A stretch of 64,000 bases of DNA from Eledone cirrhosa (GCA_964016885.1 OZ024740.1:173538001-173602000), one strand, 5' to 3'. Positions 17,545 to 27,846 are shown, counted from the first letter of the stretch. Numbers and translations: made by a program. Notes: generated from the letters alone by a model not told the origin.

Positions 17545-17602
17545 GGTAGCATGGCCGAGTGGTCTCAGGTGTTGGTTTAAGGCACCAGTCCCTTAGATGG
17601 CC
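17545..17602 (+). pseudogene. tRNA-Leu(AAG)-like sequence, 5' portion
   Basis: GGTAGCATGGCCGAGTGGTCTCAGGTGTTGGTTTAAGGCACCAGTC resembles metazoan tRNA-Leu-AAG up to the variable arm; anticodon AAG at 17579-17581; T arm absent. Confidence 0.75.
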
Positions 17603-17965
17603 AATGTTCTTTATATGTATATATATATTCTTTTTTTATTTTTTGTAAATAGGCGTAACGGCCTTTTATGGAAACTGTTTACTGCAGTAATCCATACGCA
17701 TGCATAATAAGTTGCACTGTTCCTACTGAATATTTTAAAGTTCTTTAATATGTACATGAATTGTTTTACTTTGGGAGGGTCATGCTGCCGATAAAAATAC
17801 ACGCACTTGTTGGTTTTCACTTCAATTTATTATAAAATCCTTGTATATTAGTTTAATAACCGGATGGTTGATTAGTTGCTGATTGTCAAAGCTTTCTTTC
17901 ATCACACATTCTGTGACCTCCTCATTGACTAACTTTGTTGTTATTTTGTGTCTCTCCTATGTCTT

Positions 17966-18009
17966 CACCAGTCTCTTTGGAGGCATGGGTTCGAATCCCA
18001 CTGCTGGCA
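17966..18009 (+). pseudogene. tRNA-Leu-like sequence, 3' portion
   Basis: CACCAGTCTCTTTGGAGGCATGGGTTCGAATCCCACTGCTGGCA gives the anticodon 3' strand, variable arm, T arm (GGTTCGAATCC) and acceptor 3' strand. Confidence 0.75.
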
Positions 18010-18281
18010 ATTATCTTTTTTTCATATAAGATGAAGCTAACATTTAGGGTCAACGGTGATGGTCTATACGCATACATTGTACCATTCCTACCAATTATAT
18101 ATTTACCTAGCAAGGTAAGTATCTTTCTGTCTGCCTTACTATTTATATGTTTGTCTCTATATCGATCTCTCTGTCTACTTACCTACCTTGATAACTATCT
18201 ATCTTTCTAATTTCATACCTACCTCCCTACCTATTTATCTACCTTTCTGTCTTTCTAATCTTACTTCCATACATACCTATG

Positions 18282-18323
<42 letters not shown>

Positions 18324-18327
18324 TATA

Positions 18328-19604
18328 CAGGGTGCAGACGATATTTGTTCACAAGATTACTGTCTAGGAAAAAATAACACAGTAGTTTTATTTTTTAAGA
18401 TATATTTATCAAACTTGGGTCAGTTTGTCTTCATGACTTGTTCTTTCGATCTCACTCAATAAACCCGTCATTGGCTTTGATGACAGCCTCAAGGTGGCCT
18501 CGGAACCGGCTACAGGCCTTCGTCACTGTCCCCCGATTTAGGCCCCTAAAGGCACTTGTGATCCTGGCCTTTAGATCGTTTTTCGTATTGCACCTAGATC
18601 TGTTGGTGTCTCGTTCAACTGCGCCCCACACAAAGAAGTTGAGGGGGTGGCAGTCAGGCGAGCTAGGAGGCCAGATGTCAGGTGAAGTGTGGTCGACGAA
18701 GTTCTCTGACAGCCAGGCTTGGGTCTTTTAGCTGGTATGGCAGGGTGCTGAGTCTTGCTGTCACACGTACAGCATACCTGCAAAAACCTGGTCGATTCAG
18801 GGCTTTACTACCTCACTCAGAACGCGGATGTAGCCATCGGTGTTCAGCTTGAGGCCCTCAGGGAAGAAGTGAGGTAGCATGACGACACCTAAGACCAATG
18901 TTGTTGCTGGAAACTTTGTCTGCATGACTCTGGGCACGTCTTTGGATGAGACAGCAAGCCACCTGTTGTTCTGGGAGTTGATCTTCTGGTCTTGACAAAA
19001 GTTTTTCTTGTCGGAGAAAAACCACACCATGTCTGGCTCCAGTGGGTGTTTCAACTTGTTGATCAGCTTCTTTGCGTGCTTCAGTCGCTTTTCTTGCATC
19101 GCCTTTGACAGAAATTGTCCTTTCCTCATCTTGTATGAAACGTAACGAATGTCTTCATGTACCACCAGCCTAATGAACTTTTCATCCACGCCTTACTCCC
19201 TTGCAATGGCACGCATCGACTTGCTAGGTTTATTGTTGATGATATCCTGAACTTCAGCGATGAACTCGGGCGTTCTGAAGGCGTCAGATCGTCGATCATG
19301 TGTTTTCCTCTCTGATGTTGCTTCGTACTCGAATCCTGAATCTTCCAGTTCCTTTCTGACCTTTTCCACCATTCTCCTGCTGACGCTGAGAAAGTCTGAA
19401 ATTTCCTTATTCGTCCTCCCAAGAAGAACTCCATGTCTCTTCCACAAATTTGGAGGTTCAAAATTATTCATAATCAATTATTCTGAAAATAAATAATGGA
19501 AATATAGTCACTGTTTTTATGAAGACAAGAGTGACAACGGAAGTAAAAAAGATTTGCATAAAATTAGCAGTTGAAAATTGCGAACAAATATCGTACACAC
19601 CCTG
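18328..19604 (-). mobile_element. maT-type (DD37D) Tc1/mariner transposon, full length but frameshifted
   Basis: TIRs CAGGGTGCAGACGATATTTGTTCACAA / TTGCGAACAAATATCGTACACACCCTG, TA flanks within (TA)n; WFFSDKKNF motif; homologous to the 57505 copy, which shows D-37-D spacing. Confidence 0.92.
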
Positions 19605-19630
19605 TATATGTATGTATGTGTATATATATA

Positions 19631-21590
19631 TGGGCCTTCGGAGATAGTTGCTGAGATGTTGAAAGCATCTGGAATGGTGGGACATACTATGGTCACCCGG
19701 ATAGTAAACCAAGTCATACAGAATGGGGTCATTACCAAAAGACTGGCGTAGCAGCATCATCATTAACTGCTACAAGGGTAAAGGGGATGCTCTAGATAGG
19801 GGAAACTATAGAGGTATTAAGTTAGTTGACCAGGTCATGAAGGTTACAGAAAGAGTTATAGCGCAACTAATCAGAGAGCGAATTGATCTAGATAAAATGC
19901 AGTTTGGGTTTGTGTCAGGTGAAAGTACCACAGATGCTCTTCTCTTTGTACGACAACTACAGGAGAAGTACCTAGTTAAAAGTAAACCACTCTACTTAGC
20001 TTTTGTAGACCTGGAGAAAGCCTTTGACAGAGTCCCCCATTCCATTATCTGGTGGGCTCTTAGAAAACTAGGTGTTGATGAATGGCTTGCGAGAGCTATA
20101 CAAGCCATGTATAAAGAAACAGTCAGCAAGGTTAGAATTAACAATAAATATAGTGAAGAGTTTAGCGTAAAAGTTGGTGTTCATTAGCGTTCTTAGCCCC
20201 CTACTATTTATTATTGCCCTTCGGGCTATAACAGTGGAGTTCAAACCGGCTGCTCATGGGAACTCCTATACGCAGATGATCTAACGCTCATAGCTGAATC
20301 AATGGCTGAACTAGAGAAGAAATTCCAAACATGGAAGCATGGCCTAGAATCAAAAGGCCTTAAAATTAACCTGGCTAAGACTAAAGTTCTAGTTTGTAGG
20401 AAGGAAAATAGGGCACCGGTCCCATCCGGGAAATGGCCATGCTCAGTGTGTAGGAAAGGAGTAGGCAGAAAGTCTATTTTATGTCCCAAATGCAAAGTAT
20501 GGGTGCATAAAAGATGTAGTGGGATCACAGGTAAGCTAACTAAGAATATAGATTTTATGTGGCCGGTGCTCTGGTGCAATAAGTAGCAGCAAGTGCCCAC
20601 AGAATACTAGCTCATTCCATTGCACAGATGGTTCTATAGAAATAGTGGACACCTTCCGTTACTTGGGTGACAAAATCAGCAGTGGTGGAGGGTGCTCTGA
20701 AAGTACAGTAGCTAGAGTCAGAACTGGATGGAAAAAGTTCAGAGAGCTTATACCACTGTTGGCCACATAAGGTTTCTCTCTGAAAATGAAAGGCAGATTG
20801 TATCATGCCTGTATATGAACAGCAATGTTACAAAGCAGTGAGACATGGGCATTGTGTGCAGAGGACCTGCGCAGACAGGAAAGGAACAAAGTATGCATGC
20901 TCCATTGGATGTGTAATAGTAATATACGCGAACGGCAAAACATAAATGAACTAAGTGAGAAATAAGGAAAAAGAGGGATCAGATGCTGTTTACTTGAGAG
21001 AAGACTACGTTGGTATGGTCACGTGATGCGCATGAAAGGCGACAGCTGTATAAAAAAGTGCAGGGCGATCAAAATTGATGGAAGTTACGGAGTAAGTAGA
21101 CCCCAAAAAACCTGGGACGATTTGATAAATTCCGACCTTACACACTTGCACCTCTCTAAGACAATGTCACTGGACCAAGATCTTTGGCGCCACAGAGTAA
21201 TAAAGAAGACCGGCCTTGCCTATGTACAAAGCGGAACCTACAGTCAGTAGGCACCCCTACTCCATCCTCCCACTCCCACCAACACCACCCTTTCTCTGTA
21301 AAGTTGGTACCACAACATCCAGTCCAAATTAATGAGATCGAGATCGTGTAGGTGTCATGAAAAAAAAACACACAGTCCACGCTGTAATGTGGCTGTTTAG
21401 GTAACACGGTAAAAAGTTTCCAGTGTACACTGTAAATGTGGTTGGTGTTAGGAAGGGCATCCAGCCGTAGAAAACCTGCCAGATAGTCCTATACAAGCGA
21501 GACACCCACCAACCTTGCCTCAAATTGGGATAACTCCCATCTAACCCATGCTAGCGTGGAAGATAGACATTAAACGATGATGATAATGAT
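19631..21590 (+). mobile_element. RTE LINE family A (diverged copy), 5'-truncated, frameshifted
   Basis: RT fragments in several frames ([19 protein letters not shown]...WVHKRC), family-A-type 3' UTR and GAT tail. Confidence 0.93.
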
Positions 21591-21610
21591 ATGTATATAT
21601 ATATATATAT

Positions 21611-21751
21611 ATATAACAAAGGAAGTGTGGTAAGGAACCAGGTGGACAATAACGCATCAGAGTACTCAATACTTAAGGTAGTAGAGTGGGTAATAGGAAA
21701 ATATTCAAGACCCCGACGGCAGAGCTCTGCCGTCGGGGTCTTGAATATTTT

Positions 21752-21756
<5 letters not shown>
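21611..21756 (-). mobile_element. Penelope-like terminal-repeat fragment ending in a 64-bp perfect palindrome
   Basis: 21611-21727 matches 26601-26706; palindrome 21693-21756 is centred on AGAGCTCT; flanked by (TA)n. Confidence 0.75.
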
Positions 21757-21809
<53 letters not shown>

Positions 21810-21813
<4 letters not shown>

Positions 21814-24635
21814 AACAACCTAACTATCTGTAACACTAACTTCAAAAAACGAGACAATCACTTGATCACCTACAGATCAGGAGAACATACCAGCCAGGTA
21901 GATTATATCCTTACCAGAAGACGTGACAGAGTGTCTGTTGTAAACACTAAATCCCTCCCCCATGAAGAATGCACCTCCCAACATAGACTGATAATTAGCG
22001 ACCTCATAGTCAGGACGAGACGTACTAGACAGCAGAAGAGGACTATCCTCAGGAGGAAAATATGGAAGCTAAAGGATCCCACAGCCAGAAATAAATTTCA
22101 AAGCATATTACTTGATGCTTTCGACAGTAAGGAAGAGCAATTAGAGTCGTACAATATAGAGGAATAGTGGGAATTCCTGAAAGCAAACCTGCTGATGGCG
22201 ACAGACGAAGTCTGTGGCTGGAGCAGGCCTGTAGGCAGGAGGAGAGTAACATGGTGGTGGAACAGTAAGGTGGAGGGGTCAATCAAGGCCAAAAAGCAGG
22301 CTTGGAAAGCATGGCGGGATGGGGGAAGTAGAGAAGACTATCAAGTGGCCAGAAGGGAAGCTAGGAGACAAGTGTACTTCGCAAGAAGGGAAGCAGAGGA
22401 AAGAAAGTTCAAGCATGTTCTACAACGCGAGGACCAAAAACGTGAGGTGTTCAAGATTGCTAGGCAATGTGTCATGGAAAACCGTGATATTGTCGGGGAG
22501 AAGTGTGTACTTAACGATGATGGCGTACTTGCCATCACTGACGCTGATAAGAAGGTAGCTTGGAAGTGTCACTACGAAAGGCTACTAAATGAGGAGAATA
22601 AATGGGAGAAAGACAGTCTCCCCCACATCGATCCAATAGAGGGACCAGCAGTGTTAGTCGAAGGTAGTATAATAAGTAAGGCAATCAAAGATATGAAAAC
22701 GGGTAAGGCGGCTGGGCCTTCGGAAATAGTTGCTGAGATGCTGAAAGCCTCCGGTACGGTGGGACACACCATGGTCACCCGGATAGTAAACCAAGTCATA
22801 CAGAATGGGGTTGTTCCGAAGGACTGGCGTAGCAGCATCATCGTTAACTGTTACAAGGGTAAAGGAGACGCCCTAGATAGGAGTAACTATAGAGGCATTA
22901 AATTAATCGACCAGGTCATGAAGGTCACGGAAAAAGTAATAGCGCAACTAATCAGAGAGAGAATTGATCTAAATGAAATGCAGTTCGGGTTTGTGTCAGG
23001 CAAAAGTACCACAGACGCTCTTTTCATTGTACGACAACTACAGGAGAAGTACCTAGCTAAAAGTAAACCCCTATACTTAGCTTTTGTCAACTTGGAGAAA
23101 GCCTTCGACAGAGTCCCCTGTTCCATTATCTGGTGGGCTCTTAGAAAACTAGGTGTTGACGAATGGCTTGTGAGAGCCATACAAGCCATGTATAAAGAAA
23201 CAGTCAGCAACGTTAGAATTTACAACGAATATAGTGAAGAGTTTAGCGTAAAAGTTGGTGTCCATCAGGGCTCTGTTCTTAGCCCGCTACTATTTATTAT
23301 TGCCCTTCAGGCTATAACAGAGGAGTTCAAGACCGGCTGCCCATGGGAACTCCTATACGCAGATGATCTAACGCTCATAGCTGAATCAATGGCCGAGCTG
23401 GAGAAGAAATTCCAAACATGGAAGCACGGCCTAGAATCAAAAGGCCTTAAAATTAACCTCGCTAAGACTAAAGTTCTAGTTTGTAGGAAAGGCGTAGGTA
23501 GAAACTCCATTTTATATCCCAAATGCAACTCTTTCAATTGCGCAGAGGGTTCTATAGAAATAGTGGACAGCTTCCGTTACCTGGGTGACAAAATCAGCAG
23601 TGGGGGAGGGTGCTCTGAAAGTACAGTAGCTAGAGTCAGAACTGGATGGAAAAAGTTCAGAGAGCTTATACCACTATTAGCCGCTAAAGGGTTCTCCCTA
23701 AAAATGAAAGGCAGGTTTTATGATGCCTGCATACGAACAGCAATGTTGCATGGCAGTGAGACCTGGGCATTGTGTGCAGAGGATATACGCAGACTAGAGA
23801 GGAACGAAGCTTGCATGCTCCGCTGGATGTGTAATAGTAATATACGTGAACGGCAAAGCATAAACGAACTAAGGAAAAAATTAGAAATAAGAGGGATCAG
23901 ATGTTGTTTACTCGAGAGAAGACTACGTTGGTATAGTCACGTGATGCGCATGAAAAACGACAGCTGTATAATAAAGTGCAGGGCAATAAAGATAGATGGT
24001 AGCCACGGAGTAGGCAGACCCAGGAAAACCTGGGACGAGCTGATAAATTCCGACCTCACACACTTACACCTCTCCAAGACAATGTCACTGGACTGAGACC
24101 TTTGGCGGTAATCAGTAACAGAGAAGACCCGCCTTACCTAAATAGAAAGTAAAACCTACTAGTCAGTAGGCATCTCTAACAAAATACACCCCCGTCCCAC
24201 CACCCCCACCCCATCCACACCGCCCCCTTCAATGCAAAGTTATGTTGGTGCCACAACATCCAGGCCGAAACAAACGAGATCATGTAGGTGTCACGACAAA
24301 AAAACACACAGTCCACGCTGTAATGTGGCCATGTAGGCAACACGGTAAAAACCTCCCAGTCCCACACTGTAAATGTGGTTGATGTTAGGAAGGGCATCCA
24401 GCTGTAGAAAACACGCCAGACAGTCCACGCTGTAATGTAGCCGTGTAGGCAACACGGTAAAAACCTCCCAGCTCCACACTGTAAATATGGTTGGTGTTAG
24501 GAAGGGCATCCAGCTGTAGAAAACCCGCCAGACAGTCCTATGCGAGCAAGACAACCACTCTTGCCTCAAGTGGGAAAACCCCCGTCCAAACCCATGCAAG
24601 CGTGGAACAGGGACGTTAAACGATGATGATGATGA

Positions 24636-24639
<4 letters not shown>
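21810..24639 (+). mobile_element. RTE LINE family A, long copy (end of APE endonuclease, RT, 3' UTR)
   Basis: ITYRSG...SQVDYIL...SQHRLI (APE C-terminus), VTWWWN, 633-aa RT ORF 22195-24096, GAT tail; premature stop near 22165. Confidence 0.95.
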
Positions 24640-24672
<33 letters not shown>

Positions 24673-24675
<3 letters not shown>

Positions 24676-24784
24676 ATTTTGAATTTGAATTTGAATTGCT
24701 GTATAAAGATAGTATAGTATAATATATGCCACTCCATATATTATACTATACTATCTTTGTACAGCAATTCAAATTCAAAATCAA
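24673..24784. repeat. AT-rich foldback hairpin (50-56 bp arms, CCACTC loop) between (TA)n tracts
   Basis: TTGATTTTGAATTTGAATTTGAATTGCTGTATAAAGATAGTATAGTATAATATATG is followed by its near-perfect reverse complement. Confidence 0.9.
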
Positions 24785-24803
24785 TATATATATATATATA
24801 TAT

Positions 24804-26570
24804 ATCATCATCATCGTTTAACGTCCATCTTCCACGCTTGCATGGGTTTGGACGGGAGTTTTCCCACTTGAGGCAAGAGTGGTTGTCTTGCCCGCATAGG
24901 ACTGTTTGGCGGGTTTTCTACAGCTGGATGCCCTTCCTAACACCAACCACATTTACAGTGTGGGACTGGGAGGTTTTTACCGTGTTGCCTACACGGCCAC
25001 ATTACAGCGTGGACTGTGTGTTTTTTTGTCGTGACACCTACACGATCTCATTTGTTTCGGCCTGGATGTTGTGGCACCAACATAACTTTACATTGAAAGG
25101 GATGTGGTGGGACGGGGGGTGTATTTTGTTAGAGATGCCTACTGACTGTGGTAGGTTTTACTTTGTATTTAGGTAAGGCGGGTCTTCTCTATTACTCAGT
25201 GCCGCCTAAGGTCTCGGTCCAGTGACATTGTCTTGGAGAGGTGTAAGTGTGTGAGGTCGAAGTTTATCAGGTCATCCCAGGTTTTTCTGGGTCTGCCTAC
25301 TCCGTGGCTACCGTCTATCTTTATTGCCCTGCACTTTTTTATACAGCTGTCGTCTTTCATGCGCATTACGTGACCATACCAACGTAGCCTTCTCTCGAGT
25401 AAACAACATCTGATCCCTCTTATTTCTAATTTTTCCCTTAGTTCGTTTATGCTTTGCCGTTCACGTATATTACTATTACACATCCAGCGGAGCATGCAAG
25501 CTTCGTTCCTCTCTAGTCTGCGTATATCCTCTGCACACAATGCCCAGGTCTCACTGCCATGCAACATTGCTGTTCGTATGCAGGCATCATACAGCCTGCC
25601 TTTCATTTTTAGGGAGAACCCTTTAGCGGCTAATAGTGGTATAAGCTCTCTGAACTTTTTCCATCCAGTTCTGACTCTAGCTACTGTACTTTCAGAGCAC
25701 CCTCCCCCACCCCCACTGCTGATTTTGTCACCCAGGTAATGGAAGCTCTCCACTATTTCTATAGAACCCTCTGCGCAATTGAAAGAGCTAGTATTTCGTG
25801 GGCACTTGCTGCTACTTATTGCACCAGAGCACCAGCCACATGTAAAATCTATGTTCTTAGTTAGCTTACCTATGATCCCACTACATCTTTTATGCACCCA
25901 TACTTTGCATTTGGGACATAAAATGGAGTTTCTACCTACGTCTTTCCTACACACTGAGCATGGCCATTTCCTGGAAGGGACCGGCGCCTTCTTTTCTTTC
26001 CTACAAACTAGAACTTTAGTCTTAGCCAGGTTAATTTTAAGGCCTTTTGATTCTAGGCCGTGCTTCCATGTTTGGAATTTCTTCTCTAGCTCGGCCATTG
26101 ATTCAGCTATGAGCGTTAGATCATCTGCGTATAGGAGTTCCCATGGGCAGCTGGTCTTGAACTCCACTGTTATAGCCTGAAGGGCAATAATAAATAGTAG
26201 GGGGCTAAGAACAGAGCCCTGAGGAACACCAACTTTTACGCTAAACTCTTCACTATATTCGTTGTTAATTCTAACCTTGCTGACTGTTTCTTTATACATG
26301 GCTTGTATAGCTCTCACAAGCCATTCATCAACACCTAGTTTTCTAAGAGCCCACCAGATAATGGAACGGGGGACTCTGTCGAAGGCTTTCTCCAAGTCGA
26401 CGAAAGCTAAGTATAGGGGTTTACTTTTAGCTAGGTACTTCTCCTGTAGTTGTCGTACAATGAAAAGAGCGTCTGTGGTACTTTTGCCTGACACAAACCT
26501 GAACTGCATTTCATCTAGATCGATTCTCTCTCTGATTAGTTGCGCTATTACTTTTTCCGTGACCTTCATG
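24804..26570 (-). mobile_element. RTE LINE family A, 5'-truncated copy with intact C4HC3 finger
   Basis: ORF from MKVTEK through [31 protein letters not shown]; family A 3' UTR. Confidence 0.95.
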
Positions 26571-26572
26571 AA

Positions 26573-26603
<31 letters not shown>

Positions 26604-26685
26604 ACAAAGGAATTGTGGTAAGGAACCAGATGGACCATAACGCACCAGAGTACTCAATACTTAGGGTAGTAGAGTGGGAAAAAGT

Positions 26686-26789
26686 AAGACCCCGATGGCA
26701 GAGCTCAAGCCGTTTCGACGGCTATTCCTGGACTAAATTAGAATTTTTAGCCTGGTGAATAAATAGCCGAACTTGTCAAGGGGGTACTT
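26686..26789 (-). ncRNA. Putative type I hammerhead ribozyme with U3:A8 core variant
   Basis: Minus strand reads CCCC-UUGACAA-G UU CGGCUAUU...AAUAGCCG U C-GAAA-CGGC-UUGAGCUCU-GCCA-UC|GGGG. Stems I-III and core positions were assigned by eye; predicted cleavage between 26694 and 26693. Confidence 0.65.
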
Positions 26790-27210
26790 CCTTATATGGG
26801 AAGATTGTAGTTGTCAAGAGGATTGGTTAAAATTTGTTGTAAACACAAATAAGTCTATCATGGCATTTGGTGGGAGGTAGGGGTGGCTGAACTTGCCTGT
26901 AAAACAATAGGGGAGTGAGTGGAGCGGTCAAGCATTGAAAGTGATATGTATACAGCAGATTCTAAAGATGGTGTATGAAGTGGAGGAGGGAGGTTATAGA
27001 ATAGGTAAATCGAATGAGAGTAGGAGACAATAAAAGATACTAGAAAGAAATAAAAAAAATATAAAATTAGAAAGTGGGAAATGAATAAAAAATCACAATG
27101 CTATCTTACAATTACAGGTTAATAAGTTAAGAATAGAAAAAACTTGTAGAAATTACAAAACTGATACAAAATTAAAGGGGTTTAACACATCTGCTATAAG
27201 TAATTAGTAA

Positions 27211-27486
27211 AACCCGGTCCGGCGACACGCCACTACGCCTTCGGGCCACATCTGGGACCTCCAAGATAATAATATAACCTACAATCTCACTTGGAGCTTA
27301 CTGTCCAGAGCTAACTCTTACACGGGAGGATGCCGTCTGTGTAACTTATGCTCGGAGGAAACATTACAAATGCTGTTTTCGAAGGACCAACTCCTAAACA
27401 AGAAAGACGAACTGGTAACCACATGCAAACACAGATTGCGTAGGACTTACCTCGCCCTCAAACCCCATAACGACCCGGGTGGGTAG
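27211..27486 (+). pseudogene. C-terminal GIY-YIG endonuclease fragment of a Naiad-type Penelope-like element
   Basis: Manual translation NPVRRHATTPSGHIWDLQDNNITYNLTWSLLSRANSYTGGCRLCNLCSEETLQMLFSKDQLLNKKDELVTTCKHRLRRTYLALKPHNDPGG*, with IW.L, CxLC..E, LLN...E and CxH motifs. It has no upstream Met, so it is absent from the ORF track. Confidence 0.8.
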
Positions 27487-27846
27487 ACAAGGGCTGATCC
27501 CCCCCCCCCCCCCACCACCACTTGCCGAATAAGTGAGGGGAAACCCCAGCTTACATAGGTAGTTGTATCTCTTTTCTTTTTCCCCCCTCTCTCATCCTAT
27601 CACTTCCTTCCACCCCCTATTTTCTTCCTCTGCTTTACCCTTTCGCCTACCCCAATGCAGCCCATCAGGCCTCGGTAGCATCAGTTCCCTCACCCCTGTT
27701 ATTTTAAGATAGAATTGGCCTAATACGTTTTACTACAATCTTCCCATATAAGGAAGTACCCTCTTGACAAGTTCGGCTATTTAGTCCAGAAATAGCCGTC
27801 GGGGGTCTTACTTTTTTCTATATATATATATATATAAATTTATATA

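Larger units (their letters stand above)
26601..27817. mobile_element. Penelope-like retroelement (Naiad-type) remnant with inverted terminal repeats
   Basis: 26679-26810 and 27733-27817 are inverted copies; internal GIY-YIG C-terminal coding fragment; hammerhead-like fold in the repeat; (TA)n flanks. Confidence 0.8.

Noticed and set aside
27487-27730. Possible SECIS element in the Naiad 3' UTR
   Set aside because: No convincing AUGA/AA/GA stem seen, and the visible fragment has no in-frame TGA.
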